Source of the DNA: Candidatus Eiseniibacteriota bacterium
GTDB taxonomy: Bacteria > Eisenbacteria > RBG-16-71-46
Assembly (NCBI GenBank): GCA_044451485.1
Contig: JBIOKD010000001.1
Location: 1,836 to 65,835, forward strand
Reading direction: 5' to 3'
DNA: 64,000 nucleotides
Below are positions 8,112 to 19,066 of this stretch, piece after piece (position 1 is the stretch's first letter; each line of letters starts with the position of its first letter). Made by a program: the position numbers and the translations under genes. A model generated the notes under the pieces. It ran no database searches and had not been told where the DNA came from. It saw only the letters and a program-made list of their open reading frames with translations.

Positions 8112-10001
8112 ATGGCATCTCGCACGACTTCCGGATTCCGCCCGATGGCTCATCCCCCTTCCGATCCCCGCACCGAAAGCGGCGCCGGCACACCGGCGTC
8201 GTGGATGCCGATGTTCGATCCGGCCGCGGACGGCAACGCCCTCGACCGGATGATGCTGGCCCTCGCGACCCACCCCGAGGGCGCCGGCTTCGAGCGGGCG
8301 ATGCTGCTGGTGTGGTCGGCGGGGATCGAACGCTTCGAGGGTTGGCTGGCGTGGCACGCACCGGTGGCACCCACGCCGCTCTCGGACTGGCTCGACGCCG
8401 CCGCGCGTCAGGCCAGCACCGCGACCGACGTCGAACGTCTGCGTCTCCTGCGCGAGCGTCTGTTCGCCGAGTCCGATCTGCCGGAGCCCGCGCGCCGGGC
8501 GTGGGAGACCGCCACGCACGGGTGCGGGACCGCTCCCGACGACGGTGGGCCGTGGCGCGCCGGCGCGGCGCTCGGCGCGGTGGCCCTGACCGGCGAGCGT
8601 CGCTACGCGGTGCTGCTCGGCGAATGGGCGCGACCCGAGGAGAGCGACGAGCGGCGTCTGGCGACACTGCGCCGGGTCGCCGACCAGGCGCTGCGCGTGC
8701 ACGGTCGCGCCCAGAGCGGGGCGCGGCTGGCGCGGCAGCTGGCCTCCGCGCGCGCGCTGGTCCACGCCACCGGTGGCTCGGGCAACGTCGCGGAGGTGGC
8801 GCAGACCCTGGCCGAGGCGGCGATGGAGATGACCGGTGCGCGGGGCGCGCTGTTGTGGCGACTCGGCGCCAACGGCGAGCCGCTGCTGGCCGGCTCGGCC
8901 GGACCGCTCGGCGCGCGCGAGCGTGCGGTGCGCGCGCTGACGCCGCTCGCCCGGATGGTGTTGAGCGAGGGGCGCGCCCGGCGTCACGCCGCCGCCGCGC
9001 CCGATCCGCGCGTGCCGGTCGACCTGGCCGCGTCGATCGGCGTGACACGGGTGGTGCCGTGCAGCGCCGACGGGCGGGTGAGCGGCGCGCTGGCGGTCCA
9101 CGGGCGCGAGGTGACGCACCCATCGGAAACGCCGGACTTCGGGGCCGAGGCGTTGTCGGCGCTGGCGATGATGGCCGACCAGGCGGCGCGTCTGTTCGAT
9201 CGGGTCGCCGCCGACGACGAACGTCGTCTGCTCGAGCGCCGGGTGCGCGAGCTGCAGACCCGTGCCGAACGTGCCGAGCGCGGCGCGCGCGCCGGTGAGC
9301 TGGCGGCACACGCCGCGCACGAGGCGCGCAACCCGGCGGCGGCGATCGCCGCGTTTGCCCGCCGTGTGCACCGCAGTCTGCCGGAGGACGACGTCAACCG
9401 CGAATACCTCGAGGTGGTGCTGCGCGAGACCGAGCGTCTGGAGCACACCCTGCTCGACCCCGCGCCGCTGGTCGACACGGAGCCGGCGGCATACGCGCTC
9501 GCCGATTTGAACACACTCGTGGGCGAGGCGCTGCAACGACACGCCGAGCCGCTGGTGCGGCGACGGGTGCGTCTGCTCAAGCGTCTGTCGCCGGACCTGC
9601 CGCGTCTGCTGCTCGACACCGAACGCGTCCGCCGGGTGCTGCACAACCTGCTCCAGCACGCGCTCGACGCGGTCTCGGCGGGCGGTCGTCTGCGGATCGA
9701 GACCCGGCGCGCGCAGGGTCACGTGGTGGTGGAGCTGGCGCACGACGGGCCACGCGCCAGTGGTGAGATGCTCGAGCAGCTGTTCGTGCCCTTCCAGCTC
9801 GCCCGTCCGGGATCCGGCCCGGTGGCGCTGGCGGTGGCGCAACGCATCGTGCAGGAGCACGGCGGCGAGATCCGGGTGCGCAGCGAGGGGGAGTGGGGCG
9901 CGATCTTCACCCTCACCCTTCCGGTGCGTGGCAACGCCGACCGCCGGGTCCCCGGCGGCGACCGCCGGCGGCGACGCGAGGATCGACGCAGCCGCGTTTG
10001 A
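8112..10001 (+). CDS. sensor histidine kinase with GAF domains, orphan (no adjacent response regulator)
   Basis: Has a HisKA H-box (AHAAHEARNPAAAIAAF) and HATPase_c motifs (...HNLLQHALDA...GSGPVALAVAQRIVQEHGGEIRV). Two GAF-like regions lie upstream. Start choice is uncertain; candidates are 8043, 8112 and 8203. Confidence 0.8.
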   Translation: MASRTTSGFRPMAHPPSDPRTESGAGTPASWMPMFDPAADGNALDRMMLALATHPEGAGFERAMLLVWSAGIERFEGWLAWHAPVAPTPLSDWLDAAARQASTATDVERLRLLRERLFAESDLPEPARRAWETATHGCGTAPDDGGPWRAGAALGAVALTGERRYAVLLGEWARPEESDERRLATLRRVADQALRVHGRAQSGARLARQLASARALVHATGGSGNVAEVAQTLAEAAMEMTGARGALLWRLGANGEPLLAGSAGPLGARERAVRALTPLARMVLSEGRARRHAAAAPDPRVPVDLAASIGVTRVVPCSADGRVSGALAVHGREVTHPSETPDFGAEALSALAMMADQAARLFDRVAADDERRLLERRVRELQTRAERAERGARAGELAAHAAHEARNPAAAIAAFARRVHRSLPEDDVNREYLEVVLRETERLEHTLLDPAPLVDTEPAAYALADLNTLVGEALQRHAEPLVRRRVRLLKRLSPDLPRLLLDTERVRRVLHNLLQHALDAVSAGGRLRIETRRAQGHVVVELAHDGPRASGEMLEQLFVPFQLARPGSGPVALAVAQRIVQEHGGEIRVRSEGEWGAIFTLTLPVRGNADRRVPGGDRRRRREDRRSRV

Positions 10002-10075
10002 CGCTCGCGCGGCGCGCGTGTTAGAAACTTCGACGTCGTGTCGCCGGCTCACCCGGCGCCTCCCCGCCCTTCGGT

Positions 10076-10151
10076 GCGACCCTAGCTCAGTTGGTAGAGC
10101 ACGTGACTGAAAATCACGGTGTCCCCAGTTCGATTCTGGGGGGTCGCACCA
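10076..10151 (+). tRNA. tRNA-Phe (anticodon GAA)
   Basis: Cloverleaf read by eye: acceptor GCGACCC/GGGTCGC, anticodon loop CTGAAAA, T-loop TTCGATT, CCA encoded. Confidence 0.9.
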
Positions 10152-10162
10152 TTTTCCTGGGA

Positions 10163-10238
10163 GCTGGTGTAGCTCAGCTGGTAGAGCACTTCACTCGTAA
10201 TGAAGGGGTCACCGGTTCGATTCCGGTCACCAGCTCCA
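10163..10238 (+). tRNA. tRNA-Thr (anticodon CGT)
   Basis: Acceptor GCTGGTG/CACCAGC, anticodon loop CTCGTAA, T-loop TTCGATT, CCA encoded. Confidence 0.9.
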
Positions 10239-10343
10239 GTTTGCACCCGCCGGGGTGGCCGGGCCCCGGGACGAGCGGATCGGTGCGGGACGCGTCGCGA
10301 CACGCGCATCGCCGGGGCGGGTGACGACGGCCGGGGAGGGATC

Positions 10344-11699
10344 GTGGCTGCGGATGCGCCGCTGATGATCAGCGTCGCGGGGGTGCGCGGGATCGTCGGC
10401 GAGTCGCTCACGCCCCCGGTGCTCGCCCGTTTCGCCGCGGCGTTCGCGCGCGAGCTGGGTCCCGGCCCGGTGGTGGTGGGTCGCGACGCGCGAATCTCCG
10501 GTCCGATGGTGTACCGCGCCGTCTCCGGTGGTCTTCTCGCCGCCGGACGCGAGGTCGTGGACCTCGGTCTCGCCACCACACCCACCACCCAGGTCGCGGT
10601 CGAGGACCTGCGCGCGGCGGGTGGGGTGATCCTCACCGCCAGTCACAACCCGGCGCCGTGGAACGCGCTCAAGTTCCTGTCTTCGCGTGGCGAGTTCCTC
10701 GATCCATCGGCGGGTGCCGCGGTGCGGGCCCGCTACGAGAGCGGACGCGACCTGTGGGAGCCGTTCGACCGTCTCGGTCGCGAGCGGTCGGACGAGACCG
10801 CGCTCGAGCGTCACCTGGCTCGGGTGCTGGCACTCGACGTGATCGACGTCCCGGCGATCCGCGCCCGCGCGCTCCACGTGGTGGTGGACGGGTGCTCGAG
10901 CGTGGGCGGGATCGCGGTGCCGAGTCTGCTGCGCGAGCTGGGGGCCCGGGTCACCGAGCTCGACTGCGTCCCGAACGGCGTGTTCACCCGCGAGCTCGAG
11001 CCGTTGCCCGAGCACCTCGGAGCACTCGGGGAGCGGGTGCGCGCCACCGGCGCCGATCTCGGCGTGGCCCTGGATCCCGACGGGGACCGGGCGGCCTTCG
11101 TGGACGCCGCCGGCCAGCCGCTGGGGGAGGAGTACACGGTGGCGCTCGGCACCCGCGTGGTGCTGGCGAAGCACCGGGGGCCGGTGGTGACGAACCTGTC
11201 CACCTCCCGTATGATGGAGGACGTCTGCGCACGCGCCGGGGTGCCGCTCACCCGGACCCCGGTCGGCGAGGCGTACGTCGTGGGCGCCATGCGCGCGCTC
11301 GGGGCGGTCGCGGGCGGGGAGGGCAACGGCGGCATGATCCTGCCGGCGTGTCACCACGGCCGCGACGGACTGGTGGCGGTGGCGCTCGTCGGCCAGGCGA
11401 TGGCGGCGGGCGCGCGCACGCTGCGCCAGCTGGCCGACGAGCTGCCGCGATACCGCATGATCAAGGACAAGGCGCCGCGGTCGGGGGAGCCGTGGGAGGC
11501 CGTGCTGGAGCGGCTCCGTCGGGCCTTCCCGGACGACGACGCCGACCTGGCCGACGGGCTGCGTCTGAGCCGCGGCGAGGCGTGGGTGCACATCCGGCCG
11601 TCCGGAACGGAACCCATCGTGCGGGTGATCGCGGAGTCGCCGAGCGACGACGAGACCCGCGCACGGATCGAACGCGCGCGCGCGGCACTCGCGGGCTGA
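10344..11699 (+). CDS. glmM: phosphoglucosamine mutase / phosphomannomutase family (likely GlmM)
   Basis: Carries the TASHNPAPWNALKF active-site Ser motif of the alpha-D-phosphohexomutase family. Sits directly upstream of glmS. A GTG start at 10344 with a GGGGAGGG RBS is preferred over the ORF start inside tRNA-Thr. Confidence 0.8.
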   Translation: MAADAPLMISVAGVRGIVGESLTPPVLARFAAAFARELGPGPVVVGRDARISGPMVYRAVSGGLLAAGREVVDLGLATTPTTQVAVEDLRAAGGVILTASHNPAPWNALKFLSSRGEFLDPSAGAAVRARYESGRDLWEPFDRLGRERSDETALERHLARVLALDVIDVPAIRARALHVVVDGCSSVGGIAVPSLLRELGARVTELDCVPNGVFTRELEPLPEHLGALGERVRATGADLGVALDPDGDRAAFVDAAGQPLGEEYTVALGTRVVLAKHRGPVVTNLSTSRMMEDVCARAGVPLTRTPVGEAYVVGAMRALGAVAGGEGNGGMILPACHHGRDGLVAVALVGQAMAAGARTLRQLADELPRYRMIKDKAPRSGEPWEAVLERLRRAFPDDDADLADGLRLSRGEAWVHIRPSGTEPIVRVIAESPSDDETRARIERARAALAG

Positions 11700-11733
11700 G
11701 CCCGCGCCGGCGCGGGCAGGAGGAGTCCACGGC

Positions 11734-13566
<1,833 letters not shown>

Positions 13567-13570
13567 TCCG

Positions 13571-13975
13571 ATGACCCTGCACAAGCCCATCCAGGTCCCC
13601 GATGCCCCACGCGCGATCGGCCCCTACAGCCAGGCGTCGGCGGTCGATCTGGCCGAGCATCGTCTGGTGTGGACCGCCGGTCAGATCGGTCTCGATCCGG
13701 TGAGCGGCGAGCTGGTGACCGGCGGCGTGAGCGCGCAGACCGAGCGCGCGCTGCGCAACCTGGTGGCGGTGCTCGCCGGCGCCGGGCTCAGTCTCGGACA
13801 CGTGGTCAAGACCACGGTGTTCCTCGCCGACATGGCGGACTTCGCGGCCATGAACGAGGTGTACGGACGACACTTCACGGTCGCGCCGCCGGCGCGTTCC
13901 ACGGTCGCCGCCGCCGGTCTTCCCAAGGGCGCGCGGGTCGAGATCGAGGTGGTCGCCGTCGGCCCCCGCGGGTGA
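13571..13975 (+). CDS. RidA/YjgF family reactive intermediate deaminase
   Basis: ...APRAIGPYSQA...VKTTVFLADMADFAAMNEVY... is the RidA signature. ATG at 13571. Confidence 0.85.
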   Translation: MTLHKPIQVPDAPRAIGPYSQASAVDLAEHRLVWTAGQIGLDPVSGELVTGGVSAQTERALRNLVAVLAGAGLSLGHVVKTTVFLADMADFAAMNEVYGRHFTVAPPARSTVAAAGLPKGARVEIEVVAVGPRG

Positions 13976-14012
13976 TCCGCGTCACCGCGCCCGCCGACGG
14001 AGATCGAACCCG

Positions 14013-15071
14013 ATGACACGCAAGATCCGACTCGACGTGCGGCTGACCGCCAGCGTCACCGGCGCGGGCTGCGCCGCCAAGCTCGGACCCGGCGACCTTC
14101 GGGTGGCGCTCCAGAGCCTGCCTCCCGGCTACCGCGATCGTCGCGTGCTCGTGGACCAGAGCACGCTCGACGACGCCGGTGTCTTCCTCTACCGCGGTCA
14201 CGAGGCGCTGGTGCAGACCGTCGACTTCTTCACCCCGATCGTCGACGATCCGTACGACTACGGCCGGGTCGCGGCCACCAACGCGCTCTCCGACGTGTAC
14301 GCGATGGGCGGGAAGCCAATCACCGCGCTGGCGATCCTGTGCTTTCCGGACGGAGCACTCGGACCCGAGGTGCTGCGCGAGGTGCTGCGTGGTGGACAGG
14401 ACGCGATGCGTCACGCCCGGGTCAGCATTCTGGGCGGACACAGCGTGCGCGATCCCGAGCTCAAGTTCGGATACGCCGTGACCGGGGTGGTGGATCGCCG
14501 GCGCATGCTCACCAACGCCGCCGCGCGGGTCGGGGACCGGTTGCTGCTGACCAAGCCGCTCGGCACCGGGGTGCTCGCCACGGCGCTCAAGCACGACCGG
14601 CTCGAGCCGGCCCTGGTCCGCCGTCTCACCACCCAGATGACCACCCTCAATCGCAGCGCCTCCGAGCTGGCGGTCCGTCACGGGGTGCGGGCGGCGACCG
14701 ACGTGACTGGTTTCAGCCTGCTCGGTCACGCCTCGCAGATGGCGCGCGCGAGCGGCGTATCGTTCGTGATCGCGCCTCGCCCCGACTGGCTGCTGCCACG
14801 GGTGCTCGAGCTGGCCGATGCCGGCGAGCTCGCCGGCGGGGTGCGGCGCAACCGCCATTTCTACGGGCCGGACGTGGACGTGACGGCGGTGCCCGAGACC
14901 ATGGCGATGGCTCTGTTCGATCCGCAGACGTCCGGTGGGCTGCTGCTGGCCGCGCCGCGCCGGGTCGCGCCCGACCTGACCCGCGCGCTCCGGTCGGCGC
15001 GGGTGTGGGTGCGGGAGCTGGGCGAGGTGGTGCCACGTGCGGCCAAGGCCGTGGTCTGTGTGGAGTCGTGA
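14013..15071 (+). CDS. selD: selenide, water dikinase (selenophosphate synthetase), Cys-type
   Basis: Matches E. coli SelD: GAGCAAK (Cys/Lys active-site loop), DFFTPIVDDPYDYGRVAATNALSDVYAMGGKPI, DVTGFSLLGH, DPQTSGGLLLA. Confidence 0.9.
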   Translation: MTRKIRLDVRLTASVTGAGCAAKLGPGDLRVALQSLPPGYRDRRVLVDQSTLDDAGVFLYRGHEALVQTVDFFTPIVDDPYDYGRVAATNALSDVYAMGGKPITALAILCFPDGALGPEVLREVLRGGQDAMRHARVSILGGHSVRDPELKFGYAVTGVVDRRRMLTNAAARVGDRLLLTKPLGTGVLATALKHDRLEPALVRRLTTQMTTLNRSASELAVRHGVRAATDVTGFSLLGHASQMARASGVSFVIAPRPDWLLPRVLELADAGELAGGVRRNRHFYGPDVDVTAVPETMAMALFDPQTSGGLLLAAPRRVAPDLTRALRSARVWVRELGEVVPRAAKAVVCVES

Positions 15072-15072
15072 A

Positions 15073-15172
15073 GCGGGAACGAATGGGATCTGGTGGTCCC
15101 CGGGGACTTCAAATCCCGCGGTCGGATGCTGACCGTGTCCGAGGTGGGTTCGATTCCCACGCGTTCCCGCCA
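15073..15172 (+). tRNA. selC: tRNA-Sec (selC), anticodon UCA
   Basis: Starts 1-2 nt after the selD stop. It has an 8-9 bp acceptor stem (GCGGGAACG/CGTTCCCGC), a 6-bp D-stem with a 4-nt loop, and anticodon loop CTTCAAA (UCA). A long variable arm (GGATGC-TGACC-GTGTCC) and T-arm GTGGGTTCGATTCCCAC are also present. The anticodon stem has a G.G mismatch or bulge. Confidence 0.8.
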
Positions 15173-15202
15173 ACCTTTTCAGTCGTCGTCGCCGCGGCTC
15201 TG

Positions 15203-15877
15203 GTGCTGGCCGCGAGCCTGGCCGCGACCGCCGCGACCGCTGCGACCGCCGCGGCGCCACCGCCGGCCGTCTCGCCAGCGGTCCCCGACACCGGTTTCGT
15301 CCGGACCGCGGCCGTCGATACCACCACGACCGACACGCTGGCCGCCGGCGTGCAGCGGCGGGCCGCCGATGATACGTTAGCGACGACCGTGCCCGGTCAC
15401 CCCGGGACCCGCGCCGCCGATTCCACGGCGGCCCGGCGACGCGGGGGCGATCACTATGCCTCCACGTTCGACCAGCCGCGGTACGTGATGATGCGCTCAC
15501 TGCTGTTCCCCGGCTGGGGGCAGTACCACAACCGAGCCTATTGGAAGGCGGTGCTGGTGGCCGGGGTGGAGGGATACCTCATCGTCCGGGCGGTCTCGGA
15601 CGATCAGCGCCTGAGACAACTCCAGGACGATGCCAACCGGGCGCAGGCCGGCGGGGACACGGAGGCCTACGCGGAGGCGGTCGCCGCGTACAACAGCCTG
15701 TTGAACGCGTCCGTCAGCCGGCTGTGGCTGCTCGGAGGGGTGGTCGCGTACGCGATGATGGACGCGTACGTGGACGCGCATTTCGTCGATTTCGACATCC
15801 AGTTCAAGGAGGACCCGGCCCTCAAGGGTCGTCACCCGGAGTCCGTCCTTCGACTGGGGGTGAGGTGGCGTTTTTGA
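15203..15877 (+). CDS. DUF5683-like small membrane protein with a low-complexity Ala/Thr/Pro-rich N-terminal region
   Basis: C-terminal ...[29 protein letters not shown]... matches the DUF5683 signature. The start is uncertain: the first canonical start after tRNA-Sec is GTG at 15203. The upstream ORF extension overlaps selD and selC and was rejected. Confidence 0.5.
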   Translation: MLAASLAATAATAATAAAPPPAVSPAVPDTGFVRTAAVDTTTTDTLAAGVQRRAADDTLATTVPGHPGTRAADSTAARRRGGDHYASTFDQPRYVMMRSLLFPGWGQYHNRAYWKAVLVAGVEGYLIVRAVSDDQRLRQLQDDANRAQAGGDTEAYAEAVAAYNSLLNASVSRLWLLGGVVAYAMMDAYVDAHFVDFDIQFKEDPALKGRHPESVLRLGVRWRF

Positions 15878-17682
15878 GCGATCCGCGTCTCGCACGTATC
15901 CGGAATTTCTGCATCGTGGCACACATCGACCACGGCAAGAGCACGCTGGCCGACCGGCTGCTCGAGCTCACGCACACCCTGACGCCCCAGCAGATGAAGG
16001 CGCAGGTGCTCGACGACATGGATCTCGAGCGCGAGAAGGGGATCACCATCAAGTCGCACGCGATCGCCATGGAGTACCCGGCGCGGGACGGCGTCACCTA
16101 CGAGCTCAACCTGATCGACACGCCCGGTCACGTCGACTTCACCTACGAGGTGTCGCGCAGTCTGGCCGCCTGCGAGGGCGCGATCCTGGTCGTGGACGCG
16201 TCCCAGGGGATCGAGGCCCAGACCTTGTCCAACTTCTTCCTGGCCAAGGAGCAGCACCTCGCGATCGTGGGCGCGATCAACAAGGTCGATCTTGCGGCTG
16301 CGCGTCCCGACGACGTGGCGCTGGAGATCGAGCACGTCACCGGCGTTCCGGCGGAGCGGGTGTGCCGTATCAGCGCCAAGACCGGTCTCGGCGTGCCCGA
16401 GCTGCTCGAGCGTGTGATCGCCGACGTGCCGCCGCCCTCCGGTCGGCCCGACGCGCCGTTCCGGGCCCTGATCTTCGACTCCAAGTTCGACCAGTACCGG
16501 GGGGTGGTGTGTCTGGTCCGGGTGGTCGACGGCCGGATCGCCGCCGGCGAGCACATCCGATTCCTCTCCAACGGACGCGAATACGAGGTCACCGAGGTCG
16601 GTCACCTGCGGCTCAAGCTCGAGGCCACCACCGAGCTGCACGCGGGCCAGGTGGGTTACATCGTGGCCGGGATCAAGACGGTGGCCGACGCGCGTGTCGG
16701 CGACACCATCGCGACCGCGGCGGGCGAGGGTCTCCAACCGCTCGCCGGCTTCCGCGAGACCCAGTCGATGGTGTTCTCGGGTCTCTATCCGATCGACGCC
16801 GAGCAGTACGAGAACCTCAAGGAGGCGCTCTCCAAGCTGCGTCTGAACGACGCCTCGCTGGTGTACGAGCCCGAGACCTCGGTGGCGCTGGGCTTCGGCT
16901 TCCGTTGCGGGTTCCTGGGTCTGCTGCACCTCGAGATCATCCAGGAGCGGCTCCGGCGGGAGTTCCAGATCGACCTCATCGCGAGCACCCCGAGCGTGGT
17001 CTACCACGTGCTCCTCACCGACGGCGAGCTGCTCACGGTGGACAATCCCAGCCAGATGCCACCGGCGCAGAACCTCGTCGCGATCGAGGAGCCGGTGGTG
17101 CTCGCCCACGTGGTGACCCCCACCGACTATCTCGGCAACATCATGAAGTTGTGCCAGGACCGGCGCGGCGAGTTCGTCGAGATGCTGCCGCTCGAGGAAA
17201 AGCGGATGCGCGTGGCCTATCGGCTGCCGCTGGCCGAGATCGTGCTCGACTTCTATGACCGGCTGAAGTCGGTGTCGCGTGGCTACGCGTCGCTCGATTA
17301 CGAGTTCACCGGCTACCAGGAGTCCGACGTGGTGAAGCTGGACATCCTGCTCAACGGTGAGATCGTGGACGCCCTGTCGGCGATCGTGCACCGCGACAAG
17401 GCCTACGCCTACGGCGCGGGTCTGTGTGAGAAGCTCAAGGAGCTGATCCCGCGTCAGATGTTCGCCGTCGCGATCCAGGCCGCGATCGGTGGCAAGATCA
17501 TCGCCCGTGAGACACTCGGCGCCCAGCGCAAGAACGTGCTCGCCAAGTGCTACGGCGGCGACATCACCCGCAAGCGGAAGCTGCTCGAAAAGCAGAAGGA
17601 GGGCAAGCGTCGCATGAAACAGATCGGCACGGTCGAGGTGCCCCAGGAGGCGTTCCTGGCGGTGCTCCGAGTGGAACGCTGA
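15865..17682 (+). CDS. lepA: elongation factor 4 (LepA)
   Basis: [23 protein letters not shown]1 motif plus LepA-specific C-terminal domain; 605 aa from GTG at 15865. Confidence 0.9.
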   Translation: MAFLSDPRLARIRNFCIVAHIDHGKSTLADRLLELTHTLTPQQMKAQVLDDMDLEREKGITIKSHAIAMEYPARDGVTYELNLIDTPGHVDFTYEVSRSLAACEGAILVVDASQGIEAQTLSNFFLAKEQHLAIVGAINKVDLAAARPDDVALEIEHVTGVPAERVCRISAKTGLGVPELLERVIADVPPPSGRPDAPFRALIFDSKFDQYRGVVCLVRVVDGRIAAGEHIRFLSNGREYEVTEVGHLRLKLEATTELHAGQVGYIVAGIKTVADARVGDTIATAAGEGLQPLAGFRETQSMVFSGLYPIDAEQYENLKEALSKLRLNDASLVYEPETSVALGFGFRCGFLGLLHLEIIQERLRREFQIDLIASTPSVVYHVLLTDGELLTVDNPSQMPPAQNLVAIEEPVVLAHVVTPTDYLGNIMKLCQDRRGEFVEMLPLEEKRMRVAYRLPLAEIVLDFYDRLKSVSRGYASLDYEFTGYQESDVVKLDILLNGEIVDALSAIVHRDKAYAYGAGLCEKLKELIPRQMFAVAIQAAIGGKIIARETLGAQRKNVLAKCYGGDITRKRKLLEKQKEGKRRMKQIGTVEVPQEAFLAVLRVER

Positions 17683-17695
17683 AACCGGGGAACCC

Positions 17696-18361
17696 ATGCC
17701 ATCATCCAGCAGGTCATCGGGAGGTCGGATCGGGACGTCATCCGCGGGTGGGACCGGAAGACGTTCGACCGTCCGGGAGTACGTCGAAGCCATCCTGTGG
17801 GCCCTGGTGCTCACCACGTTCCTGCGCACGTTCGTCATCCAGGCGTTCCGCATCCCGTCGGAGTCGATGGTGAAGACGCTGCTCGTCGGGGATTTCCTGT
17901 TCGTGAACAAGTTCGAGTACGGAGCCAAGATTCCGTTCACACACGTGCGTCTGCCGGGTGTGCGCAAGCCGCAGCGTGGCGACATCATCGTGTTCCAGTT
18001 CCCACAGGATCCCAGCAAGGACTTCATCAAGCGCTGCGTCGCGGTCGGTGGGGAGACCCTTCAGATCCGCGACAAGGTCGTCTACGTGAACGGCCGGCCG
18101 CTCGACGAGCCGTACGTCGTGCACAGCGACACCACGGTGCGACCGGCCGGCTTCGACTATCGTGACAATTTCGGCCCGTATCTGGTACCCAAGGGCGACC
18201 TGTTCATGATGGGGGACAACCGCGACAACTCGAACGACAGCCGCTACTGGGGACCGCTCGACATGGATCTGGTGAAGGGCCGGGCGATGTTCCTCTACTG
18301 GTCCTGGGATGGGCCGCACTTCAGCCCGCGCTGGGACCGTCTGTTCCGGGTCATTCATTGA
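17696..18361 (+). CDS. lepB: signal peptidase I (copy 1)
   Basis: Shows S26 motifs: SESMVKTLLVGDFLFV (catalytic Ser), ...GDNRDNSNDSRYWGP... (box D/E) and the KRCVAVGGET Lys box. Confidence 0.9.
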   Translation: MPSSSRSSGGRIGTSSAGGTGRRSTVREYVEAILWALVLTTFLRTFVIQAFRIPSESMVKTLLVGDFLFVNKFEYGAKIPFTHVRLPGVRKPQRGDIIVFQFPQDPSKDFIKRCVAVGGETLQIRDKVVYVNGRPLDEPYVVHSDTTVRPAGFDYRDNFGPYLVPKGDLFMMGDNRDNSNDSRYWGPLDMDLVKGRAMFLYWSWDGPHFSPRWDRLFRVIH

Positions 18362-19066
18362 AGGTGGTGACGGCCGTGCCCGGGCCCCGGCCGCGACCGT
18401 GGAGCCGCCGCGGGCGGCGCCCGAGGCGGTTCGCCAGACCAGGGTGAGATCATGTCGCGATCCCGACGATCGGCAGGCCGCGAGTACGTCGAAGCCATCC
18501 TGTGGGCGCTGGTGCTCACCACGTTCCTGCGCGCCTTCGTCATCCAGGCGTTCCGCATCCCGTCCGAGTCGATGATGAAGACGCTGCTCGTCGGGGACTT
18601 CCTGTTCGTCAACAAGTTCGAGTACGGGGCCAAGATCCCGTTCACACACGTGCGTCTACCGGGTCTGCGCGAGCCGCACCGCGGCGACGTCATCGTGTTC
18701 CGGTCCCCGCGTGATCCGGGCAAGGACCTGGTCAAGCGGTGCATCGCGGTGGGCGGTGAGACCGTCGAGATCAAGGACAAGGCGGTGTACGTGGATGGCC
18801 GCCGGCTCGACGAGCCATACGTGATCCACATCGACCCCGTCATCCGGCCGGGCGCGCTCGACCCCCGTGACAACTTCGGGCCCTTCACCGTCCCGGCCGG
18901 TGACTTCTTCATGATGGGCGACAACCGGGACAACTCGGAAGACAGCCGCTATCTGGGGCCGGTCGACATGGATCTCCTGAAGGGCCGAGCGATGTTCTTC
19001 TACTGGTCCTGGGACGGACAGCGCCTGATGCCGCGATGGGGACGGCTGTTTCGGGTGATCCACTGA
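17750..19066. repeat. tandem direct duplication of a roughly 600-bp lepB unit
   Basis: The block starting cg(g/c)gagtacgtcgaagccatcctgtgggc...ctggtgctcaccacgttcctgcgc... is repeated at about 17765 and about 18479, with high identity through the first roughly 230 nt. Confidence 0.85.
18452..19066 (+). CDS. lepB: signal peptidase I (copy 2, tandem paralog)
   Basis: Same S26 motifs as copy 1; roughly 80% amino-acid identity. The 5' 230 nt are over 90% identical at the nucleotide level. Confidence 0.9.
   Translation: MSRSRRSAGREYVEAILWALVLTTFLRAFVIQAFRIPSESMMKTLLVGDFLFVNKFEYGAKIPFTHVRLPGLREPHRGDVIVFRSPRDPGKDLVKRCIAVGGETVEIKDKAVYVDGRRLDEPYVIHIDPVIRPGALDPRDNFGPFTVPAGDFFMMGDNRDNSEDSRYLGPVDMDLLKGRAMFFYWSWDGQRLMPRWGRLFRVIH

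Noticed and set aside
7872-10052. 726-aa minus-strand ORF. Similar long antisense ORFs lie at 15832-18030, 24890-26995, 35905-38106, 39749-41428, 45873-48734, 48400-50403 and 52815-54263.
   Set aside because: Each lies antisense to a confidently identified conserved gene. Their translations are Arg/Gly/Pro-rich low-complexity sequence typical of stop-codon-poor antisense frames in 70% GC DNA. No domain signatures were seen.
10200-10343. ORF start for the phosphohexomutase gene lying inside tRNA-Thr.
   Set aside because: The start at 10200 falls within the tRNA gene. A GTG at 10344 with a G-rich RBS gives a normal N-terminus (VAADAPLMISVAGVRG).
14339-15202. Long upstream extension of the DUF5683 ORF (512-aa version).
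   Set aside because: It runs through selD in a different frame and across the tRNA-Sec gene, so it is a spurious open frame.
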